DNA of 32,000 nt, from contig WBXG01000008.1 in assembly GCA_008932965.1 (NCBI GenBank), forward strand, positions 5,023-37,022, read 5' to 3'. The translations under genes and the position numbers were made by a program. Under the pieces are notes generated by a model. The model made no database searches. It saw nothing but the letters and a program-made list of their open reading frames with translations, and was not told the origin of the DNA. The stretch comes from Verrucomicrobiota bacterium. GTDB taxonomy: Bacteria; Verrucomicrobiota; Verrucomicrobiia; Chthoniobacterales; UBA6821. Below are positions 16,056-24,405 of this stretch, piece after piece (position 1 is the stretch's first letter; the number at the start of each line of letters is the position of its first letter).

Positions 16056-18614
16056 CTACGACTTGAGAACAATATTCACAAGCCGTCCTGGAACCACGAT
16101 AACCTTTTGAATCTTTTTATGTTCAAGATGAGGGGCCACTGAAGGATTGTGGAGTGCCGCTTGTTCCACCTTCTCTTGAGAAGTTGTTGAAGGCAAGGTG
16201 AGGCGTGTGCGTATTTTTCCATTCACTTGAACTACATAAGTAATCTCTTCAAAAAGTAGATACTCTTCGTTCCATGTTGGCCACGAGGACTCAGAGGCTA
16301 AAGATCCAAGCGCTCTTACGCTTGGAAATTTCTCTGCAAGATACACCCAGAGCTCTTCGGCAAGGTGAGGTGCAAATGGGCTTAAGAGCTGAAGAAGGGT
16401 CTGGACTGCCTCTAGAGGTGTAGGAGTGGCCGTTGCAAACTCATTCACGAAAATCATCATTTGCGAAATGGCTGTATTAAAGGAGAGAGCCTCAATATCG
16501 CAAGTAATTTTTTTAATCGTGCTATGGACCACACGACGCTGTGCGCCGGTAAGAGGTTGTTCCATAATATTAGCATTAACCTGAAAGATGTTTTCAGGAG
16601 TTTCAGATAAAATGAGGCGCCACACGCGTCCAAGAAAGCGATAAATTCCTTCCACTCCAGTAATACTCCATGGTTTGGAATGTTCAAGTGGACCCATGAA
16701 CATCTCAAAAAGCCGCAATGCATCAGCACCATACTGTCGAATCACTTCATCAGGACTTATCACATTTCCACGACTCTTTGACATTTTTTGCCCATCTGGA
16801 CCGAGGATCATTCCCTGATTAACAAGGCGTTGGAATGGTTCCGCTGTGCATACATGTCCAAGATCAAAAAGGGCCTTGTGCCAAAAACGAGCATAGAGAA
16901 GATGGAGAACAGCATGTTCAGTACCTCCAACATAGAGATCGACCTCTCTCCAATACTCTTGAACCTCTTTTCCAACAAAGGCCTCTTGATTCTTGGGATC
17001 GCAAAAGCGCAGGTAGTACCAGCAAGAACCAGCCCACTGGGGCATTGTATTGAGTTCCCGAGTTGCTTGATGAGAATAGCGAACCCATTCATGTGCTTTT
17101 GCTAGTGGTGGCTCTGCCGTTCCTGTTGGTTTGAAATCCTCCATTTCAGGAGGCTCAACAGGAAGCTCACTCTCGCTTAGAGCACGGTGTGCTCCCTTTT
17201 CCCAAATAATAGGAAACGGTTCGCCCCAGTAGCGTTGGCGTGAGAAGAGCCAATCGCGGAGTTTGTATTGAATACAGGTACGTCCCATTCCATTAGCTTC
17301 AAGCCAGGAGATAATTTTTATTTTAGCATCGATAGCATTAAGTCCATTGATTAGCGGAGAGTTGATAGCCTCACCATCAGTCGCATTAAAAGGAAGTGAT
17401 AAGGAGGGGGTTGTTTTAATAACTGGGGAAATAGGAAGAGAAAATGTTCTCGCAAACTCATAGTCACGCTCATCATGAGCAGGAACAGCCATGATGGCAC
17501 CAGTTCCATAGTTCATCAGCACATAGTCAGCAACCCAGATAGGAATTAATTCTTTGTTGATCGGATTAATACAATCTAGCCCTAGAGAGATTCCTGTTTT
17601 GGTTTTTGCCAAATCGGTGCGCTCTAAATCGCTTTTGGCATTGCAACCATTGCGGTAGTCGTTGAGGGCTTTACGAACATCAGGTGAAAGATCAAGTTCC
17701 TCAAGGAGGGGATGCTCTGGGGCCAAGACTAAATAAGTTGCTCCATAAAGAGTGTCAGCACGTGTGGTATAAACGGTAATTGTTTTTTCAGGTTGATTTT
17801 GAAGAGAAAAAATAACCTCGGCTCCTTGGCTGCGGCCAATCCAATTACGTTGTAGCTGCTTGATCGATTCCGGCCAGTCCAGCCCCTCAAGATCGTGAAG
17901 TAAGCGATCAGCCAGTGCTGTGATTCGAAACATCCATTGACGCATCGGACGACGTTCTACGGAAAACCCCCCTACTTCACTCTTTCCATTAAGAACTTCT
18001 TCGTTTGCTAAAACTGTTCCCAGTGCGGGACACCAATTCACAGGAGTATTGGCAACGTAGGCTAAGCGAACATGATCCGGTTCTTTTCCTTGATAACTTG
18101 AGATCGGCTCAATTTTACACGTGACTGGATTATACCATGCATGGTAGAGCTGCAAAAATATCCATTGTGTCCAGCGAAAATAATGTGGGTCAGTTGTATT
18201 AACCTCACGTTCCCAATCGTAGCTAAACCCTAGTAACTGGAGCTGTTCTCGAAAACGAGTGATATTTTTTTCTGTGGTGACTCTAGGGTGTTGCCCCGTT
18301 TTGATCGCATACTGCTCTGCAGGGAGTCCAAAGGCATCCCAGCCCATGGGATGAAGTACATTTTCTCCACGAAGACGATAATAGCGGGAAAGAATATCGG
18401 TGGCTGTATATCCAACTAGGTGTCCCACATGTAATCCATTTCCACTCGGGTAGGGAAACATATCGAGAATGTAACGTTTTTTGGCTGATGGATCAAAGCC
18501 ACTCTCTCCTGGATTTTTAGCACGAAATGCTCCTGAGCGAAGCCAATATTCCTGCCAGCGAGGTTCGAAGTCGCAGAAAGGATAGCGTTTAGAGTTGTGT
18601 TCTGTGGATGACAT
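16056..18614 (-). CDS. leuS: Leucine--tRNA ligase
   Basis: It has the HIGH motif (GLHVGHLVGY), the KMSKS motif (QKMSKSRGN) and a CP1 editing domain. I take the ATG at 18614 (MSSTEHNSKRYPF...). The 74-aa extension in the ORF track overlaps rdgB and looks non-coding. Confidence 0.95.
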   Translation of the reverse strand: MSSTEHNSKRYPFCDFEPRWQEYWLRSGAFRAKNPGESGFDPSAKKRYILDMFPYPSGNGLHVGHLVGYTATDILSRYYRLRGENVLHPMGWDAFGLPAEQYAIKTGQHPRVTTEKNITRFREQLQLLGFSYDWEREVNTTDPHYFRWTQWIFLQLYHAWYNPVTCKIEPISSYQGKEPDHVRLAYVANTPVNWCPALGTVLANEEVLNGKSEVGGFSVERRPMRQWMFRITALADRLLHDLEGLDWPESIKQLQRNWIGRSQGAEVIFSLQNQPEKTITVYTTRADTLYGATYLVLAPEHPLLEELDLSPDVRKALNDYRNGCNAKSDLERTDLAKTKTGISLGLDCINPINKELIPIWVADYVLMNYGTGAIMAVPAHDERDYEFARTFSLPISPVIKTTPSLSLPFNATDGEAINSPLINGLNAIDAKIKIISWLEANGMGRTCIQYKLRDWLFSRQRYWGEPFPIIWEKGAHRALSESELPVEPPEMEDFKPTGTAEPPLAKAHEWVRYSHQATRELNTMPQWAGSCWYYLRFCDPKNQEAFVGKEVQEYWREVDLYVGGTEHAVLHLLYARFWHKALFDLGHVCTAEPFQRLVNQGMILGPDGQKMSKSRGNVISPDEVIRQYGADALRLFEMFMGPLEHSKPWSITGVEGIYRFLGRVWRLILSETPENIFQVNANIMEQPLTGAQRRVVHSTIKKITCDIEALSFNTAISQMMIFVNEFATATPTPLEAVQTLLQLLSPFAPHLAEELWVYLAEKFPSVRALGSLASESSWPTWNEEYLLFEEITYVVQVNGKIRTRLTLPSTTSQEKVEQAALHNPSVAPHLEHKKIQKVIVVPGRLVNIVLKS

Positions 18615-18663
18615 GAAAATGTAAGGAAGCGATAAAACATTTGAGATTATCAAACAATTCTTT

Positions 18664-19284
18664 ATGACACAATCCTCTATCAAACCAATTGCTCTCCTTC
18701 TCGCAACTCGCAACCAACACAAAACGTATGAAATCCAAAAGATGCTCGGAGAGATGGCACATGTTACAGATGTTACAACATTTCCAGTCTTGCCAGAAAT
18801 TGAGGAGACAGGCTTGACCTTTGAGGCCAATGCCATCCTTAAAGCTGAAGGAATCTCGCTTCACGTTCCTGGATGGGTCATAGCAGATGATTCCGGTTTG
18901 GAAGTCGATGCTCTTGGCGGAGAACCTGGAATCTATTCTGCTCGCTATGCTGGCCCTGGGCGTTCTGATCTTGAAAATACACTTCTGGTTTTAAAAAAAA
19001 TGGATGGCATTCCTAAAGTCCAGCGAAGAGCACGCTTTCGATGTGCTCTTGCACTTGCTCGTGAGGGTAAAACGGTGGCGCTTTTTGACGGAACTGTGGA
19101 AGGATCCTTGATCGCAGAGCTTGAAGGGGAGAGAGGTTTTGGGTACGACCCCATTTTTATACCTCAAGGATATTCAGAAACTTTTGGACAACTTTCAGAG
19201 GAGATAAAAAACAGAATAAGTCATCGCGCTTGTGCGCTTGAGCAATTCAAAGAATGGTGGAAGGAACAAGAAAATAATAAATGA
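18664..19284 (+). CDS. rdgB: Non-canonical purine NTP pyrophosphatase (dITP/XTP pyrophosphatase, Ham1/RdgB family)
   Basis: The ATRNQHKTYEI N-terminus, DDSGLEVDALGGEPGIYSARY, GFGYDPIF and SHR motifs are typical of RdgB. Confidence 0.88.
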   Translation: MTQSSIKPIALLLATRNQHKTYEIQKMLGEMAHVTDVTTFPVLPEIEETGLTFEANAILKAEGISLHVPGWVIADDSGLEVDALGGEPGIYSARYAGPGRSDLENTLLVLKKMDGIPKVQRRARFRCALALAREGKTVALFDGTVEGSLIAELEGERGFGYDPIFIPQGYSETFGQLSEEIKNRISHRACALEQFKEWWKEQENNK

Positions 19285-19292
19285 TGATCTTT

Positions 19293-20394
19293 TTAAGAGC
19301 GCAATTTTGCCTCTATAAAAAGATCAATTTCTCCATCCATAACCCCCATAACATCGCTTGTTTGAGTCTCGGTACGATGATCTTTAACCATTTGGTAAGG
19401 CTGAAAAACATAGGAACGAATTTGACTTCCCCAAGCAATTTCACCCTTTTCCCCGTATTGACGATCCAGCTCTGCCCGTTTTTTATCAGCTTCAAGATGA
19501 TAAATTTTAGCCTTGAGCATCTTAAGAGCTAGGACTCGGTTCTTCAATTGGCTCCGTTCTGCCTGACAGGCTACAACGACCCCTGTAGGAACGTGTGTCA
19601 TGCGCACTGCTGTTTCGACCTTATTCACGTTTTGTCCTCCCTTGCCTCCGGAGCGATAGGTATCAACACGGATATCTTTTTCATCGATTTCAATGGGGGC
19701 ATCCTCGATATCTGGAACCACATCAACGCTTGCAAAGGAAGTATGGCGTCGTTTATTAGAATCAAAAGGTGAAATACGTACCAACCGATGAACACCACAC
19801 TCTGTTTGTAAGTACCCAAAAGCATACTTCCCTTTTACAAGCAAGGTGATCGATTTAATGCCGGCCTCATCTCCCTCTTGAACATCGATGATGCTCGAGG
19901 TAAAACCGCGCCGTTCCATCCAGCGTTGATACATGCGAAGTAACATTTCTGCCCAGTCACAGGATTCAGTTCCACCAGCTCCTGCATGAATCGTAAGAAA
20001 GCCATCCGCACGATCAAATTCCCCAGAGAGTAACTGCAAGAGTTCAAACTGCTCAATCTCTTTGGTGAGTTTTTGAAACTCCTCCTCCACTTCACCGGCG
20101 GCAAGGATCTGCTGCTCGGGAGATGTTTCCTCTTCTGCCATCGATTTAAGAAGCTCCAAATCCCTGGATCGCTCTTCAAGAGCGGAGAGGGGAGTGAGCT
20201 TGGAGCGAAGCTCTGAGATGCGCTCCACATCTTTCTGAGACTTTTCGCGATGGTCCCAAAAATCTGGGAGTGTCATGCGGGATTCAATTTCTTGAAGCTC
20301 TTGAATTAAACGAGGAGCGTCAAAGAAACCTCCGCAAACTACTGAGACGTTCAGTGAGGGCGGAGGGGTCTAGTGTAGTGAGATCAACAGACAT
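19293..20394 (-). CDS. prfB: Peptide chain release factor 2, requires programmed +1 ribosomal frameshift (join 20394..20323, 20321..19293)
   Basis: ORF0 runs ATG(20394)...AGG TTT CTT TGA (24 sense codons). The +1 frame continues [23 protein letters not shown]... It contains the SPF motif (RISPFDS) and the GGQ motif ([10 protein letters not shown]). The joined product is about 366 aa. Confidence 0.93.
20319..20333 (-). promoter_or_regulatory. prfB +1 frameshift cassette: SD-like GGAGG, slippery CTT, in-frame TGA followed by C
   Basis: The minus strand reads GGAGG TTT CTT TGA C. This matches the canonical RF2 autoregulatory site CUU UGA C with an upstream internal Shine-Dalgarno. Confidence 0.9.
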
Positions 20395-20456
20395 GTTTGC
20401 ATTAAAAATGGATGAGAGAAAATATTCGAGCTAAAAAACCTCTTTTTTTAAATAAA

Positions 20457-20484
20457 TTGACAAACTTAAATTTTTCTCTATTTT
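20457..20484 (+). promoter_or_regulatory. Candidate sigma70-type promoter for the 20548 gene (-35 TTGACA, 16-nt spacer, -10 TATTTT)
   Basis: TTGACA lies at 20457-20462 and TATTTT at 20479-20484, in a very AT-rich divergent intergenic region. This rests on the motif match only. Confidence 0.35.
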
Positions 20485-20547
20485 AAAAGATCCTCTAAAA
20501 AAACTTCTTATAAAAAATTATAAAAATATTAACTCTTCAATTCTCCT

Positions 20548-21273
20548 ATGAACTTATCAAGATCCTCCGTTCTTATTTGCAGTGCACTAGCTTTTGTGCT
20601 CCTCACAACTTCAAGTTCCTTTGCGCAACCTGAACCATTATATAGCAACAGTCCCTCTGTAATTAATAATTCTCCAAACTTACCTACGTCTGTTGTTGCT
20701 GATGGTAATAACTTTTATGCTATTGCTAGTGATGATGAAGGCAATTGGAGCTTCTGCTCTTCCAAGCAAGACTCCAGCCATGAAAGTAATATGAACCATG
20801 CTTGGGAACAGAAAACTGTTTTTTCTGGAGCTTCACTGAGCCGCATTGCTCTTAAGCCTGATGGTCTCATCATTACTGGAAAAATCATTACTGGAAAATA
20901 TTACAACTCCTATTTTCTACTTGTTTCCAAGGATTGCGGAGCTAGTTGGATTGAAGAGAGAGCAATTCATAAATCAAACAGCATTGGCTCTGATGATTTT
21001 CAATATTCCTACAAAGAGGCAGCTGGTATTTGGGAAGGTTATCCCGTTCATGATCCCGTTCATTTTGTGAGTATTGGTTCCGATGAAAATGAAGATCAAT
21101 CCTCCTCATTTGCACTCTTTTTTCGTAATAACGAATTTATCGCAATAGGTTCAGATTCCTTCAATCCACCAGTCGATCCCTACTATCCTATCGGTTCTGA
21201 TAACATGCTGCATGGTACTTCTCTTCCAGTAAATGACCTCAGTGTTGAATTATTAAGAAACTTGTTTCTTTAA
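20548..21273 (+). CDS. Hypothetical secreted protein with one Asp-box (BNR-like SKDCGASW) and a five-fold I-[GA]-S-D motif
   Basis: It has a signal peptide with an AXA site (SSSFA|QPE). One SxDxGxxW Asp-box is present, plus the motifs AIASDD, SIGSDD, SIGSDE, AIGSDS and PIGSDN. The GC content is low. Confidence 0.65.
   Translation: MNLSRSSVLICSALAFVLLTTSSSFAQPEPLYSNSPSVINNSPNLPTSVVADGNNFYAIASDDEGNWSFCSSKQDSSHESNMNHAWEQKTVFSGASLSRIALKPDGLIITGKIITGKYYNSYFLLVSKDCGASWIEERAIHKSNSIGSDDFQYSYKEAAGIWEGYPVHDPVHFVSIGSDENEDQSSSFALFFRNNEFIAIGSDSFNPPVDPYYPIGSDNMLHGTSLPVNDLSVELLRNLFL
20869..20898 (+). repeat. Perfect in-frame 15-bp tandem duplication (atcattactggaaaa x2) encoding IITGK-IITGK
   Basis: The two units at 20869-20883 and 20884-20898 are identical on direct reading. 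Confidence 0.9.
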
Positions 21274-21293
21274 AGATAATTTGTAACTCAGAG

Positions 21294-21327
21294 CATCCTG
21301 GATACTCCTCCAGGATGTTTTGCTTTT
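21294..21327 (+). terminator. Rho-independent terminator after the 20548-21273 gene
   Basis: A perfect 9-bp stem catcctgga/tccaggatg has a 6-nt loop (tactcc) and is followed by ttttgctttt. Confidence 0.8.
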
Positions 21328-21341
21328 ATAGAGGGGCTCCC

Positions 21342-23216
21342 GTGAATCGAAAAATAATTTGCCTTCTAGCAATTGCATTTGGATTTTTTGTTGGTTTTTT
21401 CCAAATTCATAATGCAGATATCTGGTGGCATATTGCTTGGGGAAACAAGATGCTTGAACAACTCAGGATCTTTCCTGATGCAGAGAGTTTTTATTTTACT
21501 CCCATTAGCATTGCTTATCTACTTGATCTTCCAAATACCTTTTTAGGAGATTGCGGTTTTGCTCTCCTCTATAAACTTGGAGGAAACCTAGCTCTCCAGC
21601 TCTCTGTATTAGTGAGCTTGTTCTTAGGTGGTGCATTTGTCATCCTTGTTCCACTTGGAAAAGAGATCCTTCAAAGTAAATGCAAGCTGGTTTTTGCGTT
21701 ATTACTTTTTTTTGGATTATGCCTGGGAACAAGTCAACTTCAACTAGTACGCAATTCGCTCGTTTCATTGCTCCTCTTTCCAATTGTGCTTGGTATTTAT
21801 AGCTTGCATATCCGCACCCAAGAGAGAAAGCTTCTTATTTTATATCTAGGAATCTTACTAATTTGGTCCTGCATTCACTCCTCCTATATACTAGGAATTA
21901 TTTCTTTGCTATTGCTATACTGCGCTCTTTTTTTAAGTAAAAAAAATCAAAAACTACTTAGCCTCAAGCACCTTCTTGCTACTCTTGTAGTACTTATTTT
22001 TACAATGAGTGTTTCGTTAACCTATAGCTGGCAGGTAAGGCAGCTTATTAATACTCCAATCAATCATAGTTGCAAAATCATCGCTCAAGAATTTGAAAGA
22101 ATTCTAACTGCTAAATCTAACACACTTTCCTCTAAGGCTCCTGCAGCTTCTTTAGTACAACCTCAGCTCCTTAAGCCTTTTTGGAGCGATAACTCTGTTA
22201 GTGGTGACTTTACTCCTACCTGGAAAACCTGGCGCCATCCAGCTGCGTGGAGCTCTTTCTTACTTTCTTTCATAGCACTCCTAACATTATTGGGCAGCAG
22301 GAGTTCAAATAGATTAGGAATGTTCCTGTTACTCGCTTTTACAAGCTATTTTGGGTTCTGTTATTTTCGAGGGACTGGCTATGCAGCCATCACAGCTGTT
22401 TTCGTTATTGCTTCGATCTGCTCTACCCTCTCTCTTCCCTCTTCAGTGACTCTTTTGTGTCATACATTTTATGAAGTGGAGAAAAAAATATATTCATTTT
22501 GTATTATTGTTTCTCTTTTGGCAGTAGCAGGATCGATTTACCTGATCATGGCAAGGAAAAGCGAGTTTTTCTTCATGGAGCGGGGAAGAGTTTTTGGTAT
22601 TGGTGAGGCGGTTGTTTTCGAGAAGGGCATCTATGATTTTGTAAAAAACCATTATCCTAATGAGCCTTGCTTCACAACAATGGTTACTGGAAGTTATGCT
22701 CTGCTAAATTGGAAAGATCAAAAAAAAGTATTTATCGATGCTTTTTTTGCTCCTCATCCCAATGCTCTATGGAGTGATTATTATGAGGCTCCTAAAACCC
22801 ATGAAATGACTCCATTAGAGAACTATGGAATTCAATTAGCCCTTATTGAAAATAGTCGTCTTGATTGGCAAAATTTATTTTTAATGGCTCCTCTTTGGAG
22901 ACCAATTGCCATTGGCCTTGGGGCGACCTTATATCAAAAACAAGAAGATACAAGCATGGCAACCTCCCTTAATATTTTATTTACCTTAAAGGATATTCAA
23001 AAACTTCCCTCAACCACAGGACAACGTGCAGCTGCAGCAGCCTTTTATAACTCTATTCTTGCATTGCAACTGGGTGGAAATTCAGCTCTTGCTGGAGCAG
23101 TGATCCAAGATCATCCCGATCTTTTTAAAAATTTAGTAAATTACCTAAGCATCTCTCAACAGAGCAATATCAGGCAAACGCCACCTGGTATTTTACCAAT
23201 TACATTACTTCCTTAG
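21342..23216 (+). CDS. Large polytopic membrane protein (>=10 predicted TM helices plus a C-terminal soluble domain of about 200 aa); possibly a GT-C-like glycosyltransferase, family not recognised
   Basis: The ORF is long and hydrophobic. I prefer the GTG at 21342, which has AGAGGGG 5 nt upstream. The ATG at 21315 in the ORF track lies inside the upstream terminator stem. Confidence 0.7.
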   Translation: MNRKIICLLAIAFGFFVGFFQIHNADIWWHIAWGNKMLEQLRIFPDAESFYFTPISIAYLLDLPNTFLGDCGFALLYKLGGNLALQLSVLVSLFLGGAFVILVPLGKEILQSKCKLVFALLLFFGLCLGTSQLQLVRNSLVSLLLFPIVLGIYSLHIRTQERKLLILYLGILLIWSCIHSSYILGIISLLLLYCALFLSKKNQKLLSLKHLLATLVVLIFTMSVSLTYSWQVRQLINTPINHSCKIIAQEFERILTAKSNTLSSKAPAASLVQPQLLKPFWSDNSVSGDFTPTWKTWRHPAAWSSFLLSFIALLTLLGSRSSNRLGMFLLLAFTSYFGFCYFRGTGYAAITAVFVIASICSTLSLPSSVTLLCHTFYEVEKKIYSFCIIVSLLAVAGSIYLIMARKSEFFFMERGRVFGIGEAVVFEKGIYDFVKNHYPNEPCFTTMVTGSYALLNWKDQKKVFIDAFFAPHPNALWSDYYEAPKTHEMTPLENYGIQLALIENSRLDWQNLFLMAPLWRPIAIGLGATLYQKQEDTSMATSLNILFTLKDIQKLPSTTGQRAAAAAFYNSILALQLGGNSALAGAVIQDHPDLFKNLVNYLSISQQSNIRQTPPGILPITLLP

Positions 23217-23298
23217 AGCTTATTAAAAGAGTTATAGCAAGGTGTAGTGTCAAGAACGAGAACATAGCTGGCAAAAGCAAGGCCGCTGGGTAGACTTA

Positions 23299-23478
23299 AC
23301 CCGGATATTTCACACTAAATCTATTACGGCTTGTGGAAAGCTCATCATTACTGCGTTGGTCTCGAATTGTGATTTGGGCAGTATGAGACATACAGCCCGG
23401 TATCCCAATCCTTCGCCCGCCTTGTACTAATAAGCTTTGCACGGCGCCTCATGACGATTCAGTATGAAATATCCGGGC
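23299..23478 (+). mobile_element. MITE-like repeat, copy 3 (180 bp, subtype B), flanked by TA at 23297-23298 and 23479-23480
   Basis: The ends are acccggatatttcacac and cagtatgaaatatccgggc. The central hairpin is gggcagtatg-aga-catacagccc. It is the reverse complement of copy 4 over its full length. Confidence 0.85.
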
Positions 23479-23480
23479 TA

Positions 23481-23530
23481 GTCCTAATAAGCTTTGCATG
23501 GCACCTCACGACACTTCAGTTTGAATTTTT
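23481..23530 (+). repeat. Partial tandem duplicate of the right arm of copy 3 (degenerate terminal repeat)
   Basis: The segment gtcctaataagctttgcatggcacctcacgacacttcagtttgaattttt aligns with 23424-23473, gtactaataagctttgcacggcgcctcatgacgattcagtatgaaatatc. Confidence 0.7.
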
Positions 23531-24405
23531 TAGCTTAGATGATCAAATCCCTTGCTAAGTTCTGTCGAATATTGATCGGCAGAAGTGATGCTCCCAATGG
23601 GGGTGAGAGGTAATGTTGGGAAGTTTCTTTTCCAATCTGCATCGATTTTGGGCCAAGTTTCAGGTGCAATAGTGACTAACAATTCATAATCTTCTCCATC
23701 ACTCATGGCCTCTTCGATAGTAACACCGTCATGGCAAGGGATTGTATTTTTTTCAAGAGTGAAGCTACAGCGACTTGCTTTTGTAAGACGTGGCAGGTCA
23801 CTGCCAAGTCCATCACTTAAATCCATCATGGCATGAACACCCCGCTGCCCTGCTAACCACTGACCTTCGGCGAGGCGAGGAAAAAAGTTAAGGTGGTGTC
23901 CACTTTGCAGTGAACCTCCAAGTCGACCGGTCACACAGATGAGATCCTCTTTTCGCGCCATGCTGCGAAGAGAAGAGCGCTTGCCGGTAGAACCAGTGAT
24001 TGTAACAGAAATAAACAATCCTCCAGGAGAGCGAGTTATTTCTCCCCCAACAACAACAATTCCAAAAGTACGCGCTGCTTTTCCAAATCCATGAGCAAGT
24101 TGCAACCATTTTTCTTGTTGAAAAACAGCAGGTGCTGCAACGGTGATTAAAGCATGCTTTGGAATAGCACCCATGGCAGCAAAGTCACTAATGCAGCGGC
24201 AGAGGGCCTTCCAGCCAACCTGAGTTAGATCAGCCCCAGCATTAAAATGGATTCCCTCAACTGTGGCATCGGTTTTGAGGACTAGTGATTGGTTTCCTTT
24301 AGGTGGTTTGACAATGGCACAATCATCACCACTTCCCACGATTACTGAAGGGTCATGAATTGGTAGCTCGTAACGCAGAAGCTCAAGAAGAGAATCTTCA
24401 TTCAT
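23530..24405 (-). CDS. thiL: Thiamine-monophosphate kinase
   Basis: It has an AIR-synthase-related fold signature, with the N-terminal GSGDDCAIV and the DLSDGLGSDL motif. The ATG overlaps the upstream gene's stop (ATGA). Confidence 0.85.
   Translation of the reverse strand: MNEDSLLELLRYELPIHDPSVIVGSGDDCAIVKPPKGNQSLVLKTDATVEGIHFNAGADLTQVGWKALCRCISDFAAMGAIPKHALITVAAPAVFQQEKWLQLAHGFGKAARTFGIVVVGGEITRSPGGLFISVTITGSTGKRSSLRSMARKEDLICVTGRLGGSLQSGHHLNFFPRLAEGQWLAGQRGVHAMMDLSDGLGSDLPRLTKASRCSFTLEKNTIPCHDGVTIEEAMSDGEDYELLVTIAPETWPKIDADWKRNFPTLPLTPIGSITSADQYSTELSKGFDHLS

Noticed and set aside
16039-16059. A perfect 8-bp hairpin (gtagctgg-aaacg-ccagctac) overlaps the leuS stop codon.
   Set aside because: On the leuS (minus) strand it is not followed by a U-tract; the next bases are aacgtaaagag. 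I cannot call it an intrinsic terminator, and it may simply be fortuitous or an mRNA-stability element.
18615-18836. A 74-aa N-terminal extension of the leuS ORF appears in the six-frame track.
   Set aside because: LeuRS homology starts at MSSTEHNSKRYPF (ATG 18614). The extension overlaps the divergent rdgB coding region and has no LeuRS-like sequence.
21315-21341. The track gives an ATG at 21315 as the start of the membrane-protein ORF.
   Set aside because: That ATG lies inside the 3' half of the terminator stem (tccaggATG) of the upstream gene. The GTG at 21342, with an AGAGGGG SD-like sequence, is more plausible.
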